A DNA stretch of 64,000 bases from Octopus vulgaris (taxonomy: Eukaryota): positions 66,836,001-66,900,000 of the forward strand of contig OX597830.1 of NCBI GenBank assembly GCA_951406725.2, written 5' to 3'. Position 1 is the stretch's first letter; the number at the start of each line of letters is the position of its first letter. A program made the position numbers and the translations under genes. This document shows, piece by piece, positions 19,142 through 33,499 of the stretch. The notes beneath the pieces were generated by a model that saw only the letters and a program-made list of their open reading frames with translations, had not been told where the DNA came from and did not search any database.

Positions 19142-20360
19142 GAATGAAAGACTAGACTCTGCAGGGTGGCTTCATATTGAACATTAGGCCATGACTTTTC
19201 ACTACTAACCTTCTTACTTGGTTGTTCTTTTCTACCATCACTCTCTGTACATTTGTCCATGTTTTCAATACTTCAATGTTAAATGGTTCAAACATTGGTT
19301 TCAATCTAGCCTTAACAATCTTCTCTTTGGTAGGCATAGTTTGTCATGAATTCCTGCCAGAAATACTATAGCATGAGCACAACATCACTGTAGAGATTTA
19401 TGGGTACATTTCAGGTTGATTCTACTTATCTTATTGTTGGTGCTCAACAGAAAGTGGGCTCTGCTGAATGGGCTCTGCTGAGTGGGCTCATACTGAACCC
19501 CTGGTCATATCAGGTGTTATAGTTTGGAGAGATCCACGCCTTAATAGGGGACAAAAGTCACTCAACTACATTGATGTTATTGGTAAACAGACATGGCATG
19601 AAAAATTAAGGTCCTACCAAAACTAAAACAGGACAGATTTTTGGTGCAGCTGATGAAATGCATTTCAGTTTTGGCTGCTTAAAGAACAAGAAAATTAACT
19701 GATTCTGATTTCCTGTCTAATAGGAACACCCAAGCCAATGAAAGTTCCTTTACAGGACTGCTCATCTTGCGAGAAATAGCAGCCAAATTTCTCTCAGATT
19801 ACATTCAGCTGTTCAAAAATATAGAAATAACACATTGTCATCCTGGAGACACTAAAAGACAGAATGATCACAGTTGGAATAATTTTTACCATGAGTCTGC
19901 TCAATACAGAGCTAAACAATGACAGCAGAAACTGTAGTGATAACAAAAGAGTAAGTATCAATTTTATGAAACGTCTTTAAGAAGAACTTCACTTTCAGGA
20001 AGAAGAGACATATTTCTCAGTTTCTTTATTTCTGGTACAATTGACTTTGAAGTCATTTTTGGTTGCAACATACCTTAATTTTTCATATATATTCTTTTAA
20101 CTACGGTTAGGCCTTATTAAAGAAAATATTTCTCATTTTTAATCATTGAAATATGAAGATATTAGAAAGACATGTCTTTACAACCACTGTCAGCATTTAC
20201 TAACCATTGCATTATTTGACTGCTGTGTGCAATTTATGTTTATAACTGTACTCTGTAATATCAAGATGTATAACCTTTTTGTTAGTTGTTTGTGCTTGTG
20301 AAGCATCACAATATGTAAATGGTGCTACTATTTCATACAGTATTGATACAAGTTTGTATT

Positions 20361-20450
20361 CATCATCATCATCATTGTTTAACGTCCGTTCTCCATGCTA
20401 GCATGGGTTGGACGGTTCGACCGGGGATCTGGGAAGCCAGAAGGCTCCAG
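20361..20450 (-). mobile_element. RTE 3'-end fragment
   Basis: (CAT)n followed by gtttaacgtccgttctccatgctagcatggg. Confidence 0.8.
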
Positions 20451-20665
20451 TTATTATAAGCCACAAATTGATTTTAGGTTTATAAAAAAAGGACTCGGCT
20501 CTGTTTCTTCTTTTTTAAAGGGTTTCATCATTTTCTTTTTTCTCACAACAGGGTTAATTCTTCTTCTTCTATCTTAGGGGTTCCCAATATGGCAGAGCCT
20601 GTTTATTTCTCCCATCTCTAGAATTTACTAAGTATGGTAAGGTTATGATATTCCCCTTCCCCTTT

Positions 20666-20709
<44 letters not shown>

Positions 20710-20721
20710 AACATGCATATG

Positions 20722-20761
<40 letters not shown>

Positions 20762-20765
<4 letters not shown>

Positions 20766-21075
20766 CCTCTGGTGAATCTGACATGTCATATAATGTTATG
20801 GGCTGGCCCTGCCCCTCTGGTGAATCTGACATGTCATGTAATGTTATGGGCTGGGTCTGCCCCTCTGGCAAATCTCCAACATGTAATGTTATGGTTTTGG
20901 TCTGCCCCTCTGGCGAATCTAACATGTCATGTAATGTTATGGGTTGGGTCTACCCCTCTGGCTAATCTGACATGTCATGTAATGTTATGGATTGGCTATG
21001 CTCCTCTGGCTAATCTGACATGTCATGTAATGTTATGGATTGGCACTGCCCTGGCAAATCCCCACCGACATGTGT
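20762..21075 (+). repeat. 48-bp minisatellite, about 6.5 units
   Basis: Unit tgcccctctggNNaatctgacatgtcatgtaatgttatggNNtggNNN; one unit is 45 bp. Confidence 0.95.
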
Positions 21076-21173
21076 CTTTATGGCATTGAACTGATGAGCG
21101 TTGTGGAATTTCTGCCCACTTTTCATGCAACAATCAAAAGAATTCACCTTTAGCTTTAGGTTTCTGTCGAGTT

Positions 21174-21700
21174 TTTCAGTTGTGTGGAAAGTTTGTGCTG
21201 ATTTGTAGTAGCTTACCCTTCGACTTATCTTAGAACATGATTGAGTCCATAAAATAGGATTTGACTACAACTCCATTTATTTTCTTCTAATCTGTGTTAA
21301 TTCTGTAACCCTTTAAAATGGAAGATGAGAAAGTTCATTTTTGGCATTTCACGCTTTGAGAACCAGACGAAAATTGCTGCAGCTCGGCTGGGATGTGTTA
21401 CCCCACCCTCCATATTCACCAGATATTACTCCTTCGGATTTCCACTTATTCAGGTCTCTGCAGAATAGTCTTAATGGTAAAAATTTCAATTCCTCGGATG
21501 ACGTAAAAAAATACTTTGATGAATTCTTTGCCATGAAACCACCTCAATTCTGGGAAGGGGGTATTTTCAAGTTAAAGGAAAGATGGAGACACATTGTGCT
21601 ACAAAATGGTTCATATTTGGTTGATTAAAAATGTAATGGCAAGTATTTATTGACCTTTTTCTTTCTTTTAAAATTGGCACAAACTTTCCGGACAACCCAA
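21174..21700 (+). mobile_element. Internally deleted mariner (mellifera-like) with C-terminal transposase remnant
   Basis: LGWDVLPHPPYSPDITPSDFHLFRSLQNSL...RWRHIVLQNGSY. TIRs are gttgtgtggaaagtttgtgctgattt and aaattggcacaaactttccggacaacccaa|TA. Confidence 0.9.
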
Positions 21701-22056
21701 TATATTTCATTTTTGGATTTGGTTTGCAAGATTCTTTATGTGAGTTTGTGTGTTGAAGCGTATACTGTTGTGCCTGGGGAGAGTCATTCTCTTTTGGTGC
21801 TTTGTGGTTTAACGCGCTCACCGATGGAGTTTCCACTTATTTCTTTTTTATTTTTCTAAAATTTTTGTTGCGTCTTGCAACCTTTTCAATAGTTTTGAGA
21901 GTCAAAACTATTGAATGGGTTGCGGGGCGCAGAAGGAATTTTGGAGGAATGTGGGGGAAATGGATGGAAGTTTTACCGGTGAGTGTGTTGAGTTGTAGGG
22001 CACCAGAAGAGAGTGACTCTCCCCAGACACAACAGTATATATAGAGAGAGAGAGAA

Positions 22057-22087
<31 letters not shown>

Positions 22088-22113
22088 GAGAGGGAGAGAG
22101 AGAACAACTTCCG

Positions 22114-23308
22114 CCACATTCCAGGGAGAAAAACTAGAAGTAGTTGATAGCTTCCATTACCTAGGTGACCACGTCAGTTGCAGGAGAGCGTGCGCTGAAA
22201 GTGTAGCTGCTAGAATAAGAATAATCTGGGCAAAGTTCAGTGAGCTCTTACCTCTGCTGGTGACAAAGGGCCTCTCGCTCAGAGTAAAAGGTAGACTGTA
22301 TGATGCATGTGTACGAAAAGCCATGCTACATGGCAGTGAAACATGGGCTGTGACTGCTGTGGACATGCGTAAGCTCACAAGTAATGAAGCCAGTATGATC
22401 CGATGGATGTGTAATGTCAGTATGTATACTCGACAGAGTGTAAATACCTTGAGAGAAAAGTTGGACCTAAGAAGCATCAGATGTAGTGTGCAAGAGAGAC
22501 AACTGTGCTGGTATGGTCATGTGGTGAGAATGGATGAGGATAGCTGTGTGAAAAAGTGCCACACCCTAGCAGTTGAGGGAACCTGTGGAAGAGGTAGATC
22601 CAGGAAGACCTGGGATGAAGTGGTGAAGCACGACCTTCGAACATTAGGCCTCATTGAGGCAATTACTAGTCACCGAAACTTTTGGAAATATGCTGTACTT
22701 GAGAAGACCCGGCAAGCCAAATGAGACCATAACATCGCGGCCTATGCCAGGGGTGTAACCAGCCCACTTATGCATACCTTTCCTTCATTGGACACTAAAC
22801 TCTGCTTGTGAAGACCTGTTGAGGCAAGTGAAATCAAAATCAAAATCAAATTCGATGACTAGCATCCATGCTAGTGGAGCACTAAGAGCACCATCTGAGC
22901 ATGATCATTGCCAGTGCAGCTAACTGGCTTTGATGCCGGTGGCATGTAAAAAGCACCATTTGAGCGTGATCATTACCAGCGTTGCCTTACTGGCACTTGT
23001 GCCGGTGGCACCTGACAAACTTTCAAGTGAGGTCATTGCCAGTGCCGCTGGACTGGCTCCTGTGCAGGTGGCACATAAAAAAATCACCATTTGAGCATGG
23101 CCGTTGCCAGTATCAACTGACTGGCCCTCGTGCTAGTGGCACGTAAAAGCACGCACTACACTCACGGAGTGGTTGGCGTTAGGAAGGGCATCCAGCTGTA
23201 GAAACACTGCCAGATTGAGATTGGAGTGCCAGTCCTCAGTCAAATCGTCCAACCCATGCAAGCATGGAAAGCGGATGTTAAACGATGATGATGATGATGA
23301 TGATGATA
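22114..23308 (+). mobile_element. 5'-truncated RTE-clade LINE (ORF C-terminus, 3' UTR, (GAT)n tail)
   Basis: EVVDSFHYLG...KGRLYDACVRKAMLHGSETWA...WYGHVVRM...GRSRKTW, typical of the RTE ORF end (stop at 22724). The 3' UTR carries ~62-bp tandem units. Confidence 0.9.
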
Positions 23309-23353
23309 GATGTTTCCTGGCTAACAATGACTGAAACATGTAAGAGTATATAA

Positions 23354-23390
<37 letters not shown>

Positions 23391-23665
23391 CACATACATA
23401 CATATATTAATGAAGTATAAAGAAAGGAAAAATAGTTGTTTTTATGTTCAGCTATAATAATTTGCATTAATCTGATGGGTTACTCTATGATTCTGAAGAG
23501 TACAAATTCATTATTGTTCAACAAAAATGTAGTTGATAGTGACTTAGGTAATTCAGCCAGCTAAGCTTTCATTGGCTATCTGACGACGGTTTAGCTGGAC
23601 AAAACTTCAAAGTCACTGTCAATAACATTCTTGTTTAAGAAATATATATGTATGTGTGTGTGTGT

Positions 23666-23970
23666 GTTGTTTGTTCCTTCTCGAGCCATGCCTGGCTCAT
23701 AGGGCCGGTTTCCCGGTTTCCTTGGCATATAGGTTCCCCACCTGGACGGGACGCCGGTCGGTCACAGGTGAGCTGCAAGTTGCTGGAGAAAAGAGTGAGA
23801 GAAAGTTGTGGTGAAAAGGTCAACAGAAGTTCGCCATTACCTTCTGCCAGAGCCACGAGGAGCTTAGGTGTTTCGCTCATAAACACACACATCGCCCAGT
23901 CTGAGAAATGAACCCACGATCCCTTGACTGCAAGTTCACTGCTCTAACCACTAGGCCATGTGCCTCCACA
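23666..23970 (-). mobile_element. SINE family D
   Basis: Reverse complement of 42411-42714. Confidence 0.85.
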
Positions 23971-23986
23971 CACACACACATATATC

Positions 23987-24142
23987 ATTCCGCCGAGGTC
24001 GACTTTGCCTTACATCCTTTCAGGGTCAATAAATTAAGTACCAGTCAATGTAGTCAATGGAGTCAATGTAACCGAGTTAAGCCCTTTGTCTGTCCTTGTA
24101 TGTCCCCTCTGTGTTTAGCCCTCCGTGGGCAATAAAGAAATA
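23987..24142 (+). mobile_element. SINE family B, 3' part
   Basis: attccgccgaggtcgactttgcc...gtgggcaataaagaaata. Confidence 0.8.
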
Positions 24143-25119
24143 TATATATATCGTTGTCGTCATCATCATCTGTTTATCTCACTAAAGCTTTTGCTGTTTG
24201 GGAACAAAAATATTTCTCTGTCCAGTCCAGTCTTATACCGTTTGTAACTCAGGAGTGTATACAAGGTTTACCAATTCCAAGACTGACCAAATTCATTCTC
24301 TTTAACTTCGGCTGTTTGACATGACTGTTACTCTTGTTTCCAGCAATAATTTCTTGTACTTTATACATAAATATTCTTCAACATCTTGAGGCTTACTGGA
24401 GTTTAAAGATCGGTTGTGTGTATATATATGTCTTTATATGTATGTGTGTTTGAAAACACAAATTTGTGATTGTTGAAAAATTAAGCTGAATGTTTACGGA
24501 AGGGGAAAATTTTCATTAAATTTTTCATATGGTTTCTCAAATACCAAAGTTTAAAAGAAATTATTATATTATAAAATTTATAAGTACTACCAAATTAGTA
24601 TTTCTAAAAAATGCTACTTAATAGTCAAAACAATTAAAGTAGGAAACATAATTTCAGAAAAAACATTATATATAACCACAAATACACACACAAACATACA
24701 CATAAATATATATGTATTATGATGTATGTATACAGAGTTTTATTTAATGAATTGAATTTTGTTTTTTTGATTTTGATATTTTTTCTCTACAATAATTTTA
24801 GAACAGTTCTTTAATAATCTATTTTATATTTTTTTTCTTATTTCTATTTTGTTTCTACAATATATTATGTTATGTTTGAAATGAGATCATTTTTCTTTGA
24901 CTTACACAATAAAAAAAATATGACTAGAAAACTCAAAGTAGGTTTTCTAATCATGGAAAATTTATTATGATTACAATTATTATTATTATTATTATTATTA
25001 TTTAATAAATTTCAAAATTACTTGAATATATTGCCCAGAAATTAATATCATTTCTATCATCAATGTTATCATTATTAGTATTACTATTATTATTATTATT
25101 ATTATTACTATTATTATTT

Positions 25120-25347
25120 AGGTGGTGAGCTGGCAGAATCATTATCCCATCTGAAGAAATGCGTAGTGACATTTTTTCTGGCTTTTTATATTCTGGGTTC
25201 AAATACTAGCAAGGTCAGCTTTGCCTTTCATCCTTTCAGGGTTGATAAAATAAAGAACCATTTAATTACTGGTACTAACATAATCGACCAAAACCCCACC
25301 CTTAAAATTGCTGACCTTGTACTAAAATTAGAAATTATTATTATTAC

Positions 25348-25416
<69 letters not shown>

Positions 25417-25685
25417 CATCATTATTTGTTGGGTTTATAGAAAACATTATGATGTTGAAAATATCTGGCTACAAGCTGGCAGAATTGTTAGCATGCCAGG
25501 CAAAATGCTTTGTAGCATTTTTGTCTGTCTTCGTGTTCTGAGTTCAAATTCTGCCAAAGTCAACTTTATCAATCCTTTCAGTGTTGATAAAATAAATACC
25601 AGCTGAACACTGGGGTCAATGTAATCAACTTACCCTCCACCCCTACCCACCCAGGAAATCACTGGCCATTTGCCAAAATTTGAAA
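25120..25685 (+). mobile_element. Two diverged SINE family B copies separated by (ATT)n
   Basis: ggtggtgagctggcagaatc... at 25121 and agctggcagaattgttagc... at 25474. Confidence 0.7.
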
Positions 25686-26150
25686 TTCTGAAAATTTTTA
25701 TTATTCCTTGCTACATGAATAATTTATCTTCAATGCTATGCTATGCTTAGATATATATATGTAGAGGCACAGTGGCAGGGTGGTTAAAATGCTTAGCTAC
25801 TTTACTCTGAATCATGAGTTCAAATTCTGCCTCAGAAAATAAAATTTACCAAAAACAAAAAAAAAAAAAAAAATGAAGATATTTTCTCTTGAGAAAAATT
25901 AACAGTGAACAAGGACTTGACTTTGTAGATAAAAATGTTCAGTTCCAGATATTCCACTTCCCATAATCCTTCCAGTTGTTGCTCATCTTCCTCCCCTGTT
26001 TCAAATAAATAAATAAAAATAATAAAAAAAAAAAACAAAAAAAAAACAAACAACCAATCACATGTTACTGCCTACGTAAATGAGAGACAGACGTGAAGTC
26101 TGAAACCAAAATCCAGCATACTATGTCCATTAATTAACATCATCACCATT

Positions 26151-26195
<45 letters not shown>

Positions 26196-26314
26196 GGTGT
26201 TGGCATCTTTGTGATTATCATTATCAGCTTCATCATTAACATTTTCGACATTGGCATCACCGCCACTACTACTATGACCAAAAGGACCAGAAATTTAAGT
26301 GGTTATTAAGTGCA

Positions 26315-26346
<32 letters not shown>

Positions 26347-26441
26347 CACACATTTATATAAATGAAGTGTGTATTTATGTATGCATATATATCTATATCT
26401 GCATATATAGATGTATACACACACGTGTAATTGTGCATGTT

Positions 26442-26486
<45 letters not shown>

Positions 26487-26494
26487 TCATCATC

Positions 26495-26593
26495 AAGATT
26501 GGAGCCTGGTGCAGCCATCTGGTTCGCCAGTCCTCAGTCAAATCGTCCAACCCATGCTAGCATGGAAAGCGGATGTTAAACGATGATGATGAT
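26495..26593 (+). mobile_element. RTE 3'-end fragment
   Basis: ggagcctggtgcagcc...cccatgctagcatggaaagcggatgttaaac(gat)n. Confidence 0.8.
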
Positions 26594-27034
26594 TGATATA
26601 TATATATATATATATATGCATACATATATATGATATGTAGATATAAGTATGTATGTATGCAGTTATGTATGTATGTATGTATGTATGTATGTATGTATGG
26701 AAGTACATATCTGGTAAACTCCCTGTCATCAATTCACTGTTTTTTTTTTCTTCAATAAAATAGTTTTTAACTATTAATAGTGAGATACTATGAATATACT
26801 TTCTTGGTAAACTTTCTTCACGGTGAATTGATGGCAGTGAACATACCTTTAATCATGTAAGTATATATATGTATGTATGTATGTATGTATGCATGTATGT
26901 ATGTATGTATGTATGTATGTATGTATGTATGTATGTATGTATGTATGTATGTATGTATGTATGTATGTATGTATGTATGTATGTATGTATGTATGTATGT
27001 ATGCATGTATGTATGTATGTATGATGTATGTATG

Positions 27035-27095
<61 letters not shown>

Positions 27096-27547
27096 CTTTA
27101 TTCAATTGTAATTCAGTCTGAATAAATATTGGCCCATTAGAGGAGCCACTCAATAAATAAATAAATAAATGAATGCCACACTCACACTGAAGTGAATAGT
27201 AATCAGCTCTGTCCAAAATATGCTTTGTGACCCAAGCAAATTTTCCATTACATTATTATCTTGCTTAGTAAACATTTTTTTATATATATATTACTTCTTA
27301 AATGTTGTTGTTTTTGTTTGTTTTTTTTTCTAAATTTTAATTTTTACTGGAAATTTGAAGGACGTTGTTCTTATATATCTCTTCTGAAATAAATCTGTTT
27401 TCTGTTTCTCTGTGTTGTTTTGTTTTTATTATTTATTTATTTTTTTTTTCATTTTTGCTTTTCACCATTATCTGTTAATCTATTATGAATACTTAAAGTA
27501 ATCTACCTGATGTTCTAATGACTCAACCAATTCACCTGTGTTTATAT

Positions 27548-27637
<90 letters not shown>

Positions 27638-27641
<4 letters not shown>

Positions 27642-27744
27642 GAAAGTTTACGAAAAAAGCAAAAGACAAAGACAGGTGGTGTACAAAACAAACAGATGTA
27701 TTAGTGTAACGCTCAGGAATAGAAAAAGTCTTTTACGTTTCGAG
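27638..27744 (-). mobile_element. Partial copy of hammerhead-like repeat type 1
   Basis: The reverse complement reads ctcgaaacgtaaaagact...ttcctgagcg...taatac...cgtaaactttccc, like 1708-1821. Confidence 0.7.
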
Positions 27745-28036
27745 TCTCTTTTGCCGAACCACTAAGTCATGGGGACGTAAACACACCAGCATTGGTTGTC
27801 AAGCGATGTTGGGGGAACAAACACAGCCACATAAACATATACACACACACACATACATATATAAATATATATATATACACACGATGGGTTTCTTTCAGTT
27901 TCCGTCTACCAAATCCACTCACACGGGTTTGGTCGGCCCAAGGCTATAGTAGAAGACACTTGCCCAAGGTTCCATGCAGTGGGACCGAACCCAGAACCAT
28001 GTGGTTCGTAAGCAGGCTACTTATCACACAGCCACT
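27745..28036 (-). mobile_element. SINE family A
   Basis: Similarity to the other A copies. Confidence 0.8.
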
Positions 28037-28073
<37 letters not shown>

Positions 28074-28664
28074 CAGTGAAAGATGTAAATATTGCTGGAG
28101 AAAAAACTTTGCCATTAACTGGTTCTTTTAAATGAAGTACTGGTGATAATTTTATCCAAATTGCACAGAAAATCCCTTGACAGTCTCACTGTCAAGAGTG
28201 AAATATGTCAGTAATTGGCCAATAGTAAACTTGTAAACACTGGCATTATTGCTCATGGAAAGAAATGTCTCAGTTCATAATGTGTTTTAACTTATGATTC
28301 GTCTGGTTATATCATGCAGGTGATTTCTAAAAATCATGAAATGGTGCTATATGTGATTATGTAAGACTACAAATTGTAAGACCTTCATAAAAAGTGAGCA
28401 AAATAAACCCCCAAAAATCAATGTTTTGTGCATCATCTTTCTTATCCCTTAATTTCAGATTCAAACTTCTACTCCCTTGTAATATCAGGTCACTAGGGAT
28501 AACTATGAATATAACAATAAATTAAATATAATACAGTGTTTCTGGGAAATAAAATGAGACTGTCACAGCTGGATTGTCTTTCATCATAGATATGCTCTAT
28601 CATGGCTGATTTGCAGTTTGACAGCAACTCTTTAAGAAAACTAAAGAATATATATAATGATTTT

Positions 28665-29257
28665 GCGCAAGAGTAGCTGTGTGGTAAGTAGCTTGCTAAC
28701 CAACCACATGGTTCCGGGTTCAGTCCCACTGCGTGGCATCTTGGGCAAGTGTCTTCTGCTATAGCCCCGGGCTGACCAATGCCTTGTGAGTGGATTTGGT
28801 AGACGGAAACTGAAAGAAGCCTGTTGTATATATATATATGTGCAGGTGGCACGTAAAAAGCACCCACTACACTCACGGAGTGGTTGGCGTTAGGAAGGGC
28901 ATCCAGCCGTAGAAACACTGCCAAATCTGACTGGGCCTGATGAAGCCTCCCGGCTTCACAGACCCCAGTTAAACCGTCCAACCCATGCTAGCATGGAAAA
29001 CGGACGCTAAATGATGATGATGATGATGATGATGATGATGTGTGTTTGTGTGTCTGTGTTTGTCCCCCTAGCATTGCTTGACAACTGATGCTGGTGTGTT
29101 TACGTCCCCGTCACTTAGCGGTTCGGCAAAACAGACCGATAGAATAAGTACTGGGCTTACAAAGAATAAGTCCCGGGGTCGATTTGCTCGACTAAAGGTG
29201 GTGCTCCAGCATGGCCGCAGTCAAATGACTGAAACAAGTAAAGAGAGTAAAAAGAGT
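28665..29257 (+). mobile_element. SINE family A with an RTE 3' fragment (28839-29040) nested in its microsatellite
   Basis: Order is SINE 5' half, (TA)n, RTE tail ending (gat)n, then SINE 3' half with aagagt tail. Confidence 0.85.
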
Positions 29258-29459
29258 TCTATATGTTTGGGAAGTTTCTAACGATTAAAAACCAATTTAA
29301 GTTATTCCAGTTATTATCAGATTTATAAATTACTGTTAGTTATTAGTATGTTCTAATTACTTATTTATGATAAAAATTAAGCTTTTGCACAAAATATCAA
29401 CCAATCATGTTTAAGATTATGATTAATACGTATACATAAGATGTATATAATATATATAT

Positions 29460-29575
29460 ACAAGAGGTTTCTTTCTGGTTCCATCTATCAAATCCACTTA
29501 CAAGGATTTGGTCAGCCCGAGGTTACAGTGGAAAACATTGCCCAAGATGCCATGCAGTGGGACTGAACCCAGGAC
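29460..29575 (-). mobile_element. Diverged SINE family A fragment
   Basis: atccactta caagg...tgcccaagatgccatgcagtgggactgaaccc. Confidence 0.7.
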
Positions 29576-29621
29576 TATATATATATATTATATGTATATC
29601 TATATATCTAGCTAGCTTTAG

Positions 29622-31109
<1,488 letters not shown>

Positions 31110-31166
31110 GTAGATACATACATACACACACAAAAAATATATATATACATATATATATACACACAC

Positions 31167-31219
<53 letters not shown>

Positions 31220-31320
31220 ATGTATGTAATGTATGTAATGTATATATGTATATATATATGTATGTATGTATATATGTATGTAATGTATGTATGTATATAT
31301 ATGTATATATATATATATAT

Positions 31321-31376
<56 letters not shown>

Positions 31377-31377
<1 letters not shown>

Positions 31378-32601
31378 AGGTCATTAAGAATGAAATTTTC
31401 GATTTTCATATGCACCAAGTTTGAGACAGCTGTTAACTCTAATGTTTTATCCTGACAATTCTTTGTTTTACGGCATTGAAGAGTTACATCATCACTTTTC
31501 AAATTGCAATTCATGATGCCTTATTATATCATGAGTTTTCTCTTATAAACCAATTTTTGTGAACCCATGGATAGATAAGAAATCCACGTTGTTTATGAAT
31601 ATGAGTTCTGTCATGGAACCAATGCATTCCAGAGAGCTCAAAATACCACTGAGGTGTTTGGTGAAGATGTGACGAATGAGTATGCTGTACGTTGATGGTT
31701 TGAGAAGTTCTGGTCTGGTGACTTTACTCTTGAAAATCAGCCCTGTGGTAGACCTGAGAGCAAGATGGATAATAATGAGCTGGAAACTGTAGTGGGAGTG
31801 GACACATTTCAAACTATGCATGAATTAGCATCAAGGTTTGATTGTTTCAATTCCAACTGTATTTGGCCATCTGAAACAAATCAGCAAGGTAAAAAACTGG
31901 GCAAGTGAGTACCACACGAATTGAACGAGCATCAAATGACACGTAGTCTTGAAACTTGCTGTTCTTCCCTGTCATGGCATAAAAGTGAGCCATTTTTGCA
32001 TCGTATCAGCAAGCATTCAGCATGGTGGTTGGATAGAGACGAAGTGCCAAAACACAATCCAAAAATGAACATTCGCCAATGGTGTCTGTTTGGTGGTCCA
32101 GCACTGGTGTCATCCACTACAGCTTCATGAGATCTGGTATGCCAACTACAGTGGATGTATACATCAACCAATTGGATGAAATGTTGAGTGAACTCAACAT
32201 TGAAAAATAGAGACAGGCTAATTCTCTTGCAAGATAATTGCTCAACCACATGTTGCACAAACAACGCTACTCAAGTTATAGGAACTGAACTTGGAAGTAC
32301 TCTGTCATTCACCATATTCACCAGACCTTGCACCAACTGACTATCATGTTTTCCAGGCATTAGACAACTTTTTGCAAGGTAAAGGCTTAAAATCTGAGAA
32401 GATGCAAAAACAGCCTTTCATGATTTCATCACCTTTTGCCCTCCAGAATTCTTTGCTGTTATCATAAATAAGCTACCAATAAAATGGCAAAATTATGTTG
32501 ATAATTTAGGTGCATACTTTGTTTAACTGCACTGCTATTTGTTGAAATGAAGTAAAATAAACTTTCAGTTCAAAATTGGACATTTCATCCTTAATGACCT
32601 G
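31377..32601 (+). mobile_element. Near full-length degraded mariner (cecropia/Hsmar1-like)
   Basis: TIRs CAGGTCATTAAGAATGAAAT / ATTTCATCCTTAATGACCTG; about 1.23 kb. Confidence 0.9.
31567..32526 (+). pseudogene. Mariner transposase pseudogene
   Basis: YEF..GTNA..., WFEKF.SGDF.LEN.P.GRP, (W>*)VPHEL and PYSPDLAPTDYHVFQALDNFLQGK motifs, with stops and frameshifts. Confidence 0.9.
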
Positions 32602-32620
32602 ACATACATACATACATACA

Positions 32621-32656
<36 letters not shown>

Positions 32657-33109
32657 GTGTACTGTTCTACTATTGGAAGGTTCAACAAAAAATTATACCA
32701 TTCAGTGAGAAATTCATATCATTTAATAACAAAGGAATTAAGTGTGAGCTACGATAAGTTTCATGCTCTGATAGCACAAAAGTTGAATGAACTTCTGTTT
32801 GTACCATTTGATATACTGCAATTTTTCAGGCTTGAAACCTAAAGACCAACAATATGCCAGACACCATAAAGTAGAGCATTGTTGAGTTGCAGGCTTTGTA
32901 TAGCCGAAACAACCCATATCCTTTTAAATCCAAGAACTCCATTGAAAGTTCTGAATTCTAGAGCAGAGATTTTCACAAAATGCAAGCACCTTGCAAATTT
33001 CTATTATGAAAATGAAGAACACCACTCTCTCAAATTAGACACTCAGTCTCTCAAACTTAAACATTTTCCTGTCAAATGAACTATACCAACTCATGTTAAT
33101 TCCTATTTT

Positions 33110-33499
33110 GTGGAGGCGCAATGGCCCAGTGGCTAGGGCAGTGGACTCGCGGTCATAGGATCACGGTTTCGATTCCCAGATCGGGCGTTGTGAGTGTTTA
33201 TTGAGCGAAAACACCTAAAGCTCCACGAGGCTCCGGCAGGGGATGGTGGTGATCCCTGCTGTACTCTTTCACCACAACTTTCTCTCACTCTTACTTCCTG
33301 TTTCTGTTGTACCTGTATTTCAAAGGGCCGGCCTTGTCACTCTCTGTGTCACGCTGAATATCCCCGAGAACTACGTTAAGGGTACACGAGTCTGTGGAGT
33401 GCTCAGCCACTTTCACGTTAATTTCATGAGTAGGCTGTTCCGTTGATTCGGATCAACCGGAACCCTCATCGTTGTAACCGACGGAGTGCTTCCATCCCG
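33110..33499 (+). mobile_element. tRNA-derived SINE family C, full length
   Basis: A box TGGCCCAGTGG, B box GTTTCGATTCC, 12-bp TSD aattcctatttt (33098-33109, 33500-33511). Confidence 0.9.

Noticed and set aside
19466-19498. Three tandem tgggctc(t)gctga units
   Set aside because: Ordinary short slippage duplication with no further structure.
33110-33185. tRNA genes at the SINE heads (also 42411, 38649)
   Set aside because: A and B boxes are present, but there is no complete cloverleaf or acceptor stem. Each continues into a SINE body flanked by TSDs.
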